Source: Amoebidium appalachense
Taxonomy: Eukaryota; Protista; Ichthyosporea
Direction: 5' to 3'
NCBI GenBank assembly: GCA_963693365.1
Contig: CAVNZM010000006.1
Coordinates: forward strand, 10,915,355-10,979,354
DNA length: 64,000 nucleotides
Shown here: positions 39,738 to 61,516 of the stretch, one piece after another
Position numbering within the stretch: position 1 is the stretch's first letter
Layout: every line of letters starts with the position of its first letter
Position numbers and translations under genes: made by a program
The notes under the pieces: model-generated
What the model saw: only the letters and a program-made list of their open reading frames with translations
Databases searched by the model: none
Told to the model about the DNA's origin: nothing

Positions 39738-40219
39738 ACCCCACCCACCCACCCACCACCACCACTTGGGGTTTCGGCTGTGTTTGTAGGGCATATGTGT
39801 GTATGCGTAAAGTACGTGTACAACTTTGGTGAGTCATACTAATTTGGGGTTTACTACGCTGTTTAAACACAGTATGTACATGGTACGCACACCTGTGTGT
39901 ACACGTGTGAGGTTGTGCTCAGATTGGATTTGCTTGCATGAAGGTGTACACTGTTCGTTGTAACAATGAATGGGTTAAAAAAAACCGGCCAAAAAACCCG
40001 AATCGAGCCTCGGTTCCAAGTCAACTCCGGATCCTTGAATTTGAAAGGGCGAGCTCGCGGCCCGCGGATTGCCAGGCGACCGTTGCCGGGATTCAGTGTC
40101 CCGCCATCAAGCCCACGCACGGGGAGAGGCTCGGGGCGGGCCTAGTCGGGGAGGGCAACGAGGGGCCCGTAAGAAGGGGGGGGAACGGCCCCGGGCTGGG
40201 GCGCGGGAGGGGGTGGAGG

Positions 40220-40253
<34 letters not shown>

Positions 40254-41101
40254 GGGTTGGTTTCTGGCCCGGTGGACCACTGCGCGTATACGTATGGGCG
40301 CGCGCGGCTGGGGCAGACCCGGAGGCTGGAGGGGTGGGGGGAGTTCTGAGGTTCTATTACTTTCTGGGTCCCGGCCGGGGAAGGGCAGGGGAATGGGGAG
40401 AGGGGAGGGGGGGGTGGGAGGGGGGAGGAGGGAGGGGAAAGGGGGGGAGGGGGGGGGGGGGGGGGGGGGGAGGGGGAGCCGGGAGGAGAGCGCTGGTATT
40501 GTAACTATACCTTCCATTCTGAGCGGTGCGCCGTTAGCTACTTTGATTGGTTGTCTATGAGCCACCTTGGCTGATTGGCTGGCGCAAAAGACTTGAAGTT
40601 TATTGAAAAGAAAGCCATTATTCGGTTATATTCTTGAAAGTTTTTCCATGAAAATATAGACCCCGTTGTTTATTATTTAATTGGTTTTATAAACCCCATT
40701 TGCAAATATCAACGTTTTTGATTTCCCAAACATTTAGCTCGAAAATGAAGTATAGGCAACTCGTGTGGTGCGCTGCCTCATGCATCATATGAGCTCAAGT
40801 TTCAAACTTTCAACCCGTCCTGCACAGTGCAAGGTGACAACAGAAAAAGAAGGATAAGTGGCTGCATGACATGGTGTTAGTAAGGTAGAAAACAGAGCAA
40901 TATTTTAGAAGGGAAAGAATAGCTATGTGGTAATCCACATATGTAGGGAAGGCGAGCAGATCGATTTGCATTCATCTGATCGATAGTATCTCTCGCACAT
41001 GAACACACCACCAAATAAAGTAGACGAGCTAGGCACACGTGTCTACCTTTGAAACCAGCCACTGCATAAGGTGACGAGGCATAGGCCCAAGAAGTTTGAA
41101 G

Positions 41102-49694
<8,593 letters not shown>

Positions 49695-50590
49695 TTGGCT
49701 ACTGCCAACACCAATGCTGTGCCCAGTGCCAAGGTCATAGGCCGTGGGTGGTGGTCTTGAAATTTTCTTCTGGCCCAGGGCTTTTTTCCTTCCCCCGGGT
49801 TTTATCTTTTTTTTGAAAGAATAGGATTTTGTTTTGTTTTCCGAGTAATTTCTTTAAGTATGTTATTAATTTTTCAAGTAGTTCTAAATTGTACTTGCTT
49901 TTCGAAGGGGAGAGGGGGGGGAGGAAGGGAAATAATAATTAGTAGCTTAGATGGCTTTTTAGCCACATTAGCGGCCATTTGGCGCATGTAACTTAGTATG
50001 TAGGAGCAGGCCAGGGGCCTATGGCACACAGTAGCCATCCCCTGTCTGTGAAGGTGGCTAATGAGGGTGCACCACAACCAGCTGAGGTGCCTGTGAACAC
50101 GATCAGGGCACACATGTCTCCCGTGTCAGGTGCATGAACATTTGTAGCCCCCCCCCCCCCCCCCTTCTTTCCCCCCCCCCCCCCCCCTTCTTTCCCCCCC
50201 CCCCCCCCCCCCCACCTGGTTGCTCTGTGTCGTGCATCTGTAAGCACACGCGTTTGTCGCTGCACTGCATTAGTTTGCACACACATCTTCACCGTTTTGC
50301 TCACCTTGCTTGCATAAGCAACCCTGCTCGTCTTTGATCAAGACGGGTTGACCCACCCAAGTTCAGTTGATGCTGCTGTCTGAGTTGGAGCGTCGTATAT
50401 ACGCGGGCTAAGGGGTCGAAACTCAGACGCAATTGATGACTTGGGCCCTCCCTGAGGATGGGCTCTGCTTATGACGCATACTGTGCGCATGGCTGATGCT
50501 GCATAGTTGAATGTTTGCCTTTGCATGTGTCCTGCACCATGCTTCTCATCGTGTATGCGTACTTCGTACTGTGTTCCGCATTCAAACCCC

Positions 50591-50621
<31 letters not shown>

Positions 50622-50833
50622 AAAAAAAAAAAAAAAAAAGCCAGACCGATTATAACGACAAATCATGCACGACAACTTGGGTAAAATGTATAAACCGGCT
50701 TCACGGTGTACACGTGCAGCTAGGCACCGTGCAGGTGAACAACACACCACAAGGTTCTCAGAACTGTGGACATGCAGTGCTTCAATATGATGATATTATG
50801 CTGAGAGAAGTTCACCGGATACCCAACGAGATG

Positions 50834-51102
50834 TAGCAATTGCTGGCCCCCATAGTTGAGCTCATACGTGCAGCTTTTAGCAACGGTTACGGTAGAATTC
50901 TCGTTTTTGGTATACTCGTTAGATATCCGGTGAAGCTACCTCAGCAACTATCTCGTTGTGTCTATGGCAACTGTACTGTGTATCCATTCTTAGCCCTGTC
51001 TGATGCCCCGATCAAAATAAAATCCATTGACAACGAGGATTCTACCATAAGGCTGCCAAAAGCTGCATGTATGAGCTCAACAACGGAGCTCAACAATTGC
51101 TA
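50834..51102. mobile_element. MITE / foldback element with ~70-bp imperfect TIRs
   Basis: Left arm tagcaattgctggcccccatagttgagctcatacgtgcagcttttagc...ggtagaattctcgtt matches the reverse complement of ~51031-51102 (roughly 80% by eye). TA at both ends is a possible TSD. Confidence 0.75.
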
Positions 51103-51716
51103 AATTGTTAGCCATGCAAGAGTAAATTGCACAGAAAAAAAAAATCTGGAAATTTGGTGGGACGGATTCGAGAAGATATCAAAATGCATGTGCAGGAAAT
51201 AAGGTGGTGGCTCTCGCCGAGGCTGTCGTTGTGTGTGTGTATGTGTGGCAGGTGTGTGGGGTGCCACTATGGGTGTGGGTGTGTGTATGTGTGGGGCCAG
51301 GGGAGGGGGGTCAAACCTAAATTCACATGTGCACACGACACATATTCTGCCTCTTTCTCTCGCCGTGTCTCCTTGTTTACAGCGGCACATGTATCCACCA
51401 ATTACACAACCAAAAATCCGAGTTATCCAGTTAATAATAACATAGCACAAGGTTAGAACCAGTCTAACCCACTCATTGTATACATAAGTACACAAAGATT
51501 AGATACCACAATATCGCATAAACACAATGCATATTTGTTTAATTCGACAGATCTATAATTCGTGAGCATATAATAAAAGCAGCAGTTCAACAGCACTGTA
51601 ATGTCGTATTGGTTCGGCCATTTTTGCCCGCGGTACATAGTTTGCACCAACGCCAAGAAAACACGTGATACATTCAAAACGGGCATAGTATCTAATAGTG
51701 ATTCATGTTCTCGCTC

Positions 51717-51842
51717 AAAAACAGGCAATGATACGGAATATTGGTGGGAAACAGAATATTATAACTTTGGTTGAAAACAGGGCTCAATACGAGATCTTTG
51801 TTGGAACATGGGATGATACGAAATCTTGGCTGAAAAAACGGC
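51717..51842. repeat. Degenerate ~29-bp minisatellite (about 4 units)
   Basis: Recurring gaaaacagg...atacg(g/a)(a/g)at(a/c)tt(g/t)g units. Confidence 0.45.
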
Positions 51843-52344
51843 ATTTAGCATAACATACGTGGGTGTCAGTTTCGAACCAAACGACAGAAGTGTTGACAAA
51901 AGGCTTCTTCGAAGACCACACATACATACGAAAAATAACGTGAAAAAGTTGAAGGGGCAAGGGGGATTAAATCAACTACCGCTTCTCCCATTTTAGCGTC
52001 TGCGCCCTGAGCACCCGAGAGCCACATTTCTCAGATGCGTCTCACCAATCAAGAGACGGCATCAAATTGTGTCACATGCCGATGTCGACATACGACAGAG
52101 CCAGCTTCACTTGCATGGCCTTTTGCCGGGTGACTAAACGGTGGCATGGAAATTGTGCACAGAATGACGTCACCAATGTGGCTCGCTGCTGCAGCGGCTA
52201 AAATGGAAGTAGCGGTGGTTGCTTTAAGGCCCAACATGACGTGCTTCTAAAGCCGCTCACTTCTATATGCATATGTGAAATTCTCGAGTGTGCATACACG
52301 AACTTGCAAGGACCCCCCTCCCCCCCCCCTCCCCGTTGGCCGCC

Positions 52345-52736
52345 CTATTTACTCCATCTTCGCAAATACTCCTTTCTCATTTCTGCCGCAAGCCAATAGG
52401 GCACACACGTGAGCGTGACCCTCCCCATCAGCAGAAGTCTCTTGCGCACCTTCCTTTCAATGTCTGCGTCACTCCTCAACAGAACATTCACCCCGTTGAT
52501 GCGGATGATTGCGTCTCGCAGGCGTAGGCCTGCTACGTCACCACCACCCTCCGGGCAGATTTCTTTGATCTGCATGCAGATGTGTTAGGGCATCACGAGC
52601 TTAGTGCGCCTCGAGTGTGCCATTGTATCCAAAACAAAAAAACGGGAAAGAGTCATCCGTGAGTAATGCTTTGGTGACATGTCGCGCTGCCCATGTGCAC
52701 TTGAATTCAAGTGTGCAGGTGCCGTGAAGGGGGGAA

Positions 52737-52781
<45 letters not shown>

Positions 52782-53976
52782 GGGGAGGATGTACCGACCA
52801 CCCGCACAACCTCAGAATAAAGCACACAGCACACCAAATGGAGCAACGCAAGCACATAGTAGTGCACTAGTGACGTTTGTGAGAGGTTCCAAACCACAGG
52901 GGCTGATGCCAGTAACCAACTGGCATCAAGAACAAAGCTCGAGATAAAAAAGTGAGATATCAAGAACAACTCGAGATAAAACAGTAAGAGGTCGATCGAT
53001 GGGCAGAAGGTTGCAAGAAAAAGAAATTCCAAAAAAACTTGCGCGTCCTTCCACGACACCACCTGCTTGTCCAAAATCTCTCCCCTCATCCCGCATGCGA
53101 CAAAAAATTGACCATATCCACACGACTCACCTCGCTCTTTTCGTAGACCATAACGGGTCCCTTTCTGGCCCTCTCCTGCCTTGTGTAGCCCGCCCTCCTG
53201 ACCACACACACCCGGTTGAGCGGCACATCCACCACCGTCATTTTTATCTTATCTGCCGTTCTCAACATCTCCAAAAATAACTGTGCCATCTGCTCATACG
53301 GAGTCGTCTCTACACCATTCACCATGTCTATTTTGTCTCCCGGACGCATACCCAGTCCCCAGGCCACGCTGTCCTTGGCCACATATGTGACGTAGACGCT
53401 GTGGCCGGCCTGCACCAGACTGGTGCCGAAGGGCACATCAAGTGCACGGGCCTGCAGCTTTATGATGCGCTTGAGCCCGCAGCCAGCATTGAGTGCGGCC
53501 ACGTGTGCGTTTGGGTATGTGGCAGCCAGCCCGCCTGCATACGGGTCTGCCGGCATATTGCCGGGGCCAATGTGTGACCGGCGCCTCTTTGGGCTTCGTG
53601 CCGTAGAGTGCGCCGTGCGCACGAGTGGGTCGGGGTCAGGAGGCACGCATACGGTCAGCGCCACGCTGTTGGTGCGCTCCTGCCGCGAACATAGCGTCTC
53701 GGAGGAGCCGGCCCCGGAGTGTCTTCGTGGAGCCAAGTGGAAGGGGGATGTGCTGTTGGTCAGGGTGGGGAGTGAGCGCACACCAATGGTGGGCGGCACA
53801 CCCTCGGTCTCCGTGTCTGTCTGCGTGATATCCCCCCCACTGCTGACGTTAGACACGCACCCACTCTCCGTGTCCTCGAGTGCGTGTGCAAGCACCACCG
53901 GCACACGGAGTGTCACCCCCGTGACGGGCTGGCCCATGGGGAGGGGTGACCCGCCCGGCCTCGCTAAGGCCAACAT
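52345..53976 (-). CDS. Syntenin-like tandem PDZ domain protein (~356 aa)
   Basis: Exon 53976-53131: disordered N-terminus, then PDZ1 VYVTYVAKDSVAWGLGMRPGDKIDMVNG. Exon 52569-52345: PDZ2 IKEICPEGGGDVAGLRLRDAIIRINGVNV. GT-AG, phase 0, ctaac branch point. The short PDZ1-PDZ2 junction (VVDVPLNR) resembles syntenin. Confidence 0.75.
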
Positions 53977-54150
53977 AGCTGTCAAGTGAAAGGATGTGTG
54001 CGTGTGCTTGAGAGTCAATGAAAAAGCAGCTGCTAGTAACTTAGCTGCCACTTGTGTCGATGTTTCACTGAACAAAGTCAAACTTTCTTCGTGCCAACGG
54101 TTGGACCAAACCACAACTGATAAAAGAGAACAATGTGTGGAGAAACCCTC

Positions 54151-54194
54151 TTTTTATACCTGATTGTTCTGAGCCGCCATGTTGATCTGATTGG
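54151..54194 (-). promoter_or_regulatory. Candidate CCAAT + TATA promoter of the PDZ gene
   Basis: Minus-strand CCAAT (54194-54190) followed by TATAAAAA (54158-54151), ~175 bp upstream of the ATG. Confidence 0.4.
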
Positions 54195-54691
54195 CTGGCG
54201 ACAACCCAAAGGGGCAAATATTTATATAAACCAGTGCTGTGGTGTGTGGCTATGGTGAGACAGTACTCGTTCAATTACAAAATAAATCATCATATACATA
54301 GAGCTTCAAAGTATTAAAGCTGCATGATTTTTGAGAGCTTTTTTCATTAGAGTGAGTAATAAGTCATCATGCTCACGGTGCTCCCACGCAGGTGAGTTGA
54401 CCTTACCGCGGAAGATCAGTGGGAAGATCCGGGGGCTCAGTCAGTTGAAAAACTGACGGTACTGCTGGAGGAATGCATCAAGCAAATGATCATTTAATGA
54501 TGACTGCAGTATAGTCATATAAAGTAGCCAAATAGCTATTTCAATTGGGTCAAAAACTTTGAGCTCCAAAATCGATTGTTGATTGGTTGTCATAACCAAC
54601 TCTGCGCAAGATGTCCTGATTGGACGAAGTTTATTTGGTGCTGTTTTATTGGCTGGACAAAATATATCATGTTGATAGACCAATTTAGATT

Positions 54692-55246
54692 TACTGGTTC
54701 GATTCGTGTGAAAAGCCAGAATGCCAGATTGCCAGAATGCCAGAATTTTGATGGCATTCCAGAAAGGCTAGATTTCGGTCCGGTTCTTGTAGAGCTAAAA
54801 TCTAGCTTTTTGGGTCAAGAAGGCACTTGCCATTTTGCGCGGTAATAGAATATCTTGGCTTATCTTAATGAACAATAATAGTTTTGAAATATTATTTAAA
54901 TAATTTTTATTTTGTTAAATGGGCATTTATTACCAAGTTTTATGCATTTTTGAAAAGCTATTTCCCAAATACTAATAAGGCAAAACGCCTAGGATTGGAT
55001 ACGAACTTTATATGGTGCTGGCGTGGCCAATCGTAAGGCGCAGGGTCAATCTGGCAATCTGGAAAGGGGGGGGGGGGGGGTCGCCAGATTCTGGAATCTG
55101 GAAGAGGGGTCAAATTGAATCTGGCATTAAAATTTTGTTTAAAATTTACGTTCCGATTCGATTGATCGACGAATAACCATTTTTGGCGAGGCGGTTTTTA
55201 ATCTGGCAATCTGGCAATCTGGCTTTTGACACGAATCGAACCACTA
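54692..55246. mobile_element. MITE (~555 bp) with ~28-bp TIRs and 8-bp subterminal repeats
   Basis: ta(c/g)tggttcgattcgtgt(g/c)aaaagccaga at both ends in inverted orientation. Tandem gccaga(t/a)t units inside the left end and atctggca units inside the right end. No clean TSD. Confidence 0.8.
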
Positions 55247-55987
55247 ATTGAGAATCTCGATGTGTTTGCTTCGCCCTAGGGAGATCCAGCCAGCCGAACT
55301 GGCGAAATGAAGGCAGGGCTGAGTGATCGGCGGTCATATTCCAAATCCTGCTTATAATGCTTAAAATCAATAATTTGAATAGAAAAGGGATTTTGCTCCA
55401 ATAATAAATAACTTGATAAACAAAGCGACAAGCAATTCTTGTATAAGCAACATGGGGTGTCAGGCGCTTATTTCGTAGCGAGAACAGGCAAAAACCATAA
55501 TTTCATCACAGACGATCGACCTCGAGGCAAGGTGGTAAGAGGATGATGCAAGACGGGTTTTGATGATTTTAGCGATGTAGGCGTTGTCGGAGCACCCCGA
55601 CTGCTCATATCATTTTTGCGCGCCTTTTTATTTTCCTAAAACTTTTTCTTATGGACGAAAACCAAACCACTTTTTAAGTAAAATCGGGGCCTAACTGCTT
55701 TTGAGAGGCTGTCGGTCTGAGATTTTGGCCTGTCACCGCCTGAGCGGCCCTTGCCTTGGCCCTTACTTTTGGCGCAACCAATCACAAGATTCGAATTGTT
55801 CCGGTGAGCCATATAAGGTTAGGAAGAATTTGAAAAAAAATAATTTCTAAACCGGTCTATAACGCAACAAAGTTGCGGTGTCGGCACTGCTCTGCAGGTG
55901 TCGGCCAGTTCCCACCACGTAGATGTGTGCACGTATATACAGTAATGGCATTGCAAAAAAGAGTTACGTTCTTTCAGCACATACGCA

Positions 55988-56842
55988 ATGGGCCTCTTGT
56001 GGACATAAACACCACACATCTCCACGGAGACCAAAGCCCAGGCTGCCCAGCTGCAGTGAGTCTGGAATGCGGAAGGCTCACGCATTCGGCATTCCTTGAC
56101 CGTTGTGGCTAGTCGGCCCAGCAGAGACACGCAGTGCATGCCACATGGCGACACAGACCTCTACTGTAGACAGGCGACACAACAAAGCGTGAATGCAAAT
56201 TGCCACAGCGCACCAACCAGCCACGGGGCTATCGGGCCACCCCCGGGCCCAGATACATGTACACTGCATGTGTACCACTATGATCAAGTGCATCGATGCA
56301 CACGTGACGTGATTCACCCGGCCGCGGACCACATGCACGGCAATCCATCCGAGACACGTGCACGACACTCCTACGACTCGTGCCGAACAACGTGCCTAAC
56401 AGTGCCAGCGGTCACGTGCACATCCCAGGGCGTGCCGCAGGTTCAGGGCAGGCTGACGTCGACGTCACATGTGACATGGCGTCAACTGTGAAATACCCAG
56501 CCCACGACTGCACACGAGTGTGCGGCATGCCGTGGCAGTGAGCCTGGGCCGTGAGAGTTTCCACACCTTGCCACTGTAGCCTGCCGGCCTATCACTCCAG
56601 AGCGCATCCGGTGGGCCACCGGCGCCACCCAACGAGAGTTATCACAAGGAGGAAGGACAATTGCAACTGATTTGGAGGCGCAGGCTGAAGCAGTAGTATT
56701 ACCATGGATAGTGTCTCCTCGACGTTCCCTGCCCAGGGACAACATGGTTCACAATCATGATAGCTATGATAGCCATGGAACTGATCATGAGTCCTCAGAT
56801 TACAGCAGTAATAAATACATTGAAGATCGATATCATGAATAG
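55988..56842 (+). pseudogene. Possible decayed ORF of unknown function
   Basis: One frame runs from ATG 55988 to TAG 56840-56842, interrupted only by TAA 56006 and TGA at 56057, 56489 and 56552. Microsatellite-free GC-rich sequence, with CCAAT and TATA-like motifs at ~55778-55818. No recognisable domain. Confidence 0.25.
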
Positions 56843-56960
56843 TGGCACGGAAGTACTTACAACGGTCTTTGATCATGCGAGGCTGTGGTGGTGGTGGTGA
56901 TGGTGGTTAATGAACGGTGGTGGTGGTAGGTGGTGGTGGTGAGGGGGGAGGGGGGGGGGG

Positions 56961-56996
<36 letters not shown>

Positions 56997-57358
56997 CGGG
57001 AGGGGGAAGGCAAGACCAGTGTACATATTATGCACACTTTACAATAAACGGCGTCTGCGGCTAGTGCCATGGGGGAACTAGTACTTGCCCATTGGAGGGA
57101 GGCTAGCCAGGGGGGGGGGGGGGGGGGGGGTGGGTGGCCAATATTGAAGGGGGGGGGGGGGGGGGGGGAGGGTTCGAGAATGTAGCTGTAAGCTGAGCTG
57201 GCTAGGGTTACTAAATTATCAAGACACAGGGGCAGGCGATGAACAGGTGAGCTCGGAGCAGGCGACTCAGAAAGGAGTGAACATGTGGCGTAGTCACTGA
57301 ATTGTGGTACATCAGAGGCCCCAGAATGTGCAGGCCTTAAATTAATAATATCATTGCG

Positions 57359-57411
<53 letters not shown>

Positions 57412-57925
57412 CGTGTGTACATGTGTGGTGTGTGTGCGTGCACGTTTGTGTGTGTGGTCACGGTTATCATGCACTTGGTTCAGAGTGGTATCAATCTTTT
57501 CCAATTCGGGGCACTACAGTGAGCATGATCATGATTTGTTCAATGGCTCGTCTTCTTTTTCGTTCTCAGTTTTATTTTTCTATTTTTGTTTTCCCGTGGG
57601 AGTGTTGTGTGAGTTCGTGACTCTCGCGTGTGTGCGACTGGGGAGGGCAGAGAGGAGTCTGACTATATTTCAGTATGCAACCCGCTATGCGGGTGCCATT
57701 GAACATATTAATCCAGCCAGTCTATTTTTTTAATATCCAACCATATGAGGTGCGCTGTGCAATTGAAGTAGACCAACCTTGGCCAGCTAATTCGACGTTT
57801 ATTGTATTAATTTTTCTAGAATGCTGATAACAACCTATATTGCCACATATGGCTATAATAAGGACCTATTACTACGATAATACTATCTTCCTATTGAATC
57901 GTTTGGCTATGTCGCTTCTGCCCTG

Positions 57926-58348
57926 CTAGCGGGTGCGCTTGGGGCCAGTGCCGAAGGTGATGCGGATGTCGTCATAGGGCTCATCTTGCTGCACACGCAG
58001 GTAGTTGGTGGATGCAAGCACCAGCACCTGTGTGGGTGGGTGGGTGTGTGGGTGTGTGGGAGGGGGGGGGGGTTTAGCTTTGGGTTGCACTACATAACCC
58101 ATATTGTTAACAAGTCAATATCATCAAAACCCCCTTCTCCTCCATTCCCCCCCCCCCCCCCCCCCCCCTCCCCACCAGGGCTAAAATTTGAATCCCAGTC
58201 AAGGGGAAGGCGAGAGGAAAATGAACGCATGAAACTCGTTCTTCGGACAATAATATCACCGCGACACATATATATGCACACCTGTGCATGGTGGGCTGGC
58301 CAGGGGGAGGGCTCAGGGCAGGTGGCGGAGGTGCAGGTGGGAGGGGGA

Positions 58349-58386
<38 letters not shown>

Positions 58387-58493
58387 GGCACCTGGAACAG
58401 GGCACGGGCAGCAACAATGCGGGGCTCACGTGGGGGTGCAATGGATGAGAATGACACACTCCCATCGGCCGTCTGGTGCTTGCTCAGGTAGCT

Positions 58494-58528
<35 letters not shown>

Positions 58529-58994
58529 CTGTTAGGGAGGATAGTGCAGAGTGCATGTGTGCAGTCTGGGTAGGGGGCATGCGGACTGAGGATAAGACCA
58601 TGAAGATGTCACCGTAGAGACGAGGTGAATAGTAGCCTGGGTGTGTAGGTATGATGTGGCCCTGCCTGGCCAATTGCAGATTGGCTACGGCCTGGCATCC
58701 ATACACCGCCTCCCCCCCCTCCTCTTTGCCCCGCCCCTTTCCTCTCCTCGGCTCTCCCCAATGCCATGCACACAGTACCTGTAGAAGTAACCACTCTCCC
58801 TCCCCCCCTCTCCCCTCTCCCCTCTACACACACACACACAAACACACACTCTTGCCCACCTTCCCACATCTTCCCACATGCACACATTACCAACGGCCAT
58901 TTATTCCCCCCCCCCCCACCCCCCCCCTCCCCTTCCCCCACTTCTGCACAAAATCCCAACCCCAACTTACCTGGCACAAAGACTCTCACTTGAA

Positions 58995-59039
<45 letters not shown>

Positions 59040-59055
59040 ACCTCCCCCCCCCCCC

Positions 59056-59087
<32 letters not shown>

Positions 59088-59436
59088 GAAAGAAAGAAAG
59101 AAAAAAACCAATCCCAACGTACCTGGCACACAGAAGATGGGGAGTCACAGCTCACCCCCCTTACCCCCATGCACACAGAACCGGCTTAAGTCACCTACTG
59201 TGAAACCTGCCCCCTCCCCCCCCCCCCCCCTCCCCCCCCCATCCCCCCCCCCAAATGCACACAGTACCTGTAGAAGTCCCTAGTCTCCTCCATGATGGCC
59301 GTGTCCTCCTCCATGCGGTCCAGGTTGGGCACCGGCACATCTGCACACAAAACTACCGTCAGTCGTTTTTTTTTTTTTTGTTCTTTTTTTTTTTGGGGGG
59401 GGGGGGGGTTGGTGTGTCTGTGTGTGTGTGTGTGTT

Positions 59437-59476
<40 letters not shown>

Positions 59477-59992
59477 GGTAGAGAAATGGGGTTTGGAAAG
59501 ATACAGATGAAGTGTTGCCTTCGACTCGCTGTGGCAAGATTGAAGGTTCTTGTGCAGCTGCCCACCACCCCATCTCCCACTCCTTCCCCCCCCCCCCCCC
59601 CCCCCCCAATCCCCCCGTTATGTACACTGCCCTGCCTCTTACTTGCCATAAGGCTTTCTCCTCAAGGCAAAAAGGGAGCGTATGTTTTCTGGACCTGTTT
59701 TCTGTTAGGTAGAGAGATATGCAGTTGCACGGTGGGGCCATGAGCACATGTATGCAGGTGTGGCGTTGCGATATATACATGTGTGTTTGTTGGGGGGAGG
59801 GGGAGGGGGAGACAGCAGGGACGCACCAAACTGGGGCATGTCGAGGTCTGCCAGGTTGCCGATGGAGGTGTCCAGGATGGTCTGCAGGGGCTGCTGCCCC
59901 AGCGACAGGATCGACGCACGCCTAAAGGGGGGTGGTGAGCATGCATGGTTTGATGGTAGATTTCTTTGGGTTTCTAAATTGTGTATGCATTT

Positions 59993-60023
<31 letters not shown>

Positions 60024-60306
60024 GGGGAGGATGGTCGCATGTTTAGCCGCATGCTCATCCTTCTGAAAGGGAAAGGGAGGGCAAGTCTTAGAACACAAAG
60101 GGCCCGGAGGCAGTGGGAGGTGCGCAATGAATACACGACAGCAAGGGGGAGAAGGGGGGGGAGGGGGGGGGGGTGGTCCAGGTGCTGAGTGCGCGGCCAT
60201 TAGCAATATCACAAGAAGGGACGCAGTGTTGGTTTTTTTCCCCGAAGAAATGGGGGCAGAGAGCATTTGTGTGTGTGTGTGTGGTGGTGGTGGTGGTGGT
60301 GGTGGT

Positions 60307-60344
<38 letters not shown>

Positions 60345-61304
60345 TTATAAGCTCACCTGCTTGTGCGGGCCTTCTTTGCCACGGGGGTGTCGAGGGACGG
60401 CACCTCGCTGGCCTTGCGCACCACAGACCCCTTGGCCTCTGCAGCTGCCCGTCAGTCCCTCCCCCCCCCCCCCACCCCCCCCCCTCTCGCCCCCCGAGTC
60501 ATGCCTTCTGTTGCCTCAGCGATTGAATGTGCACCTATATTAGGGGTTTACTTGCCCTCTTTTTGTGACCTTTTCAGGAACTTCCCTCCCTCCCCCCTCC
60601 TCCCCCCCCCCGCCCCCCCCTCCTCCCCCCCCCCCCCCCCCGGCCACTCTGTCTAGGTTTACTAACCTCTCGATCTACTTTTGCCAGGGATTCAACCAGC
60701 ATCACTACCACCATGTTATGTATGCTGCCACACCCTATTTCTTTCCACTCTGTTTATCCCCCCCCCCCCCCAAAAAAAAATCACATCAACCTGCACACAA
60801 CCACCTCTACATCCTCTACCCCCCCCCCCCCCCTCCCCCTCCTCATCCTTCTGCACACCTGTGGATGTGCTTGGTGTTGCAGTCCATGGCATGGAGATGT
60901 TAACTGAGGAGGCCACGTATGAGGTGTCTCTGCTGTGACTGCCTGCACGGGGCTTCTCCACCTCCACACCCATGTCCCCGTCCTGCAGTATGTGCTGTAA
61001 GAGGGTATGCATGGCTAGTCTATGCATTGGGTATGTCGGTGGTCCATAAGGGAGGGATGAGAGGAAGACACACGGGGGGGGGGGGGGGGGGGGATAATGT
61101 GGTGGAGTAAGCCGTTTTTACGGTTGCCATGATATTGAGAGTGGGAAAGTCGAGTTTTAAGCATGGGTGTGGCACGATGAAACTGTTGCTACGTGCGCCA
61201 CTGCTGGGTGGACGGGGTGTATGTGTATGTGTGTGTGTGCCGGGTGTGAATGTGTGTGTGTGTGTGTGTGTGTGTGCGTGCGTGCGTGTGAAGGGGGGCG
61301 GGAG

Positions 61305-61340
<36 letters not shown>

Positions 61341-61437
61341 TACTGGGCCAAGAAGGCCTTGTGGATCATCCCCAGGTACCATGCCGTCCATCGGGATCTC
61401 AAATTCAAACGGTGGTTGCTCCTGCGCCTCATCGTGG

Positions 61438-61516
<79 letters not shown>

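Noticed and set aside
39846-39865. ggggtttac(tac)gctgttta, matching the reverse complement of the LINE 3' terminus
   Set aside because: Only ~17 bp with an indel and no TSD; cannot be distinguished from chance without a genome search.
39970-40500. GC/CpG-rich segment with long Gly/Pro ORFs upstream of AKT
   Set aside because: No domain signal. It looks like promoter-type or low-quality consensus sequence.
52815-52919. Candidate extra exon in the PDZ gene intron (LVTGISPCG…)
   Set aside because: It runs into a stop, and direct splicing 53131 to 52569 already gives a contiguous PDZ2.
58964-58976. ACTTACCTGGCA, resembling the U1 snRNA 5' end
   Set aside because: No further U1 structure or Sm site. 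It is the reverse complement of a consensus splice donor within a minus-strand gene.
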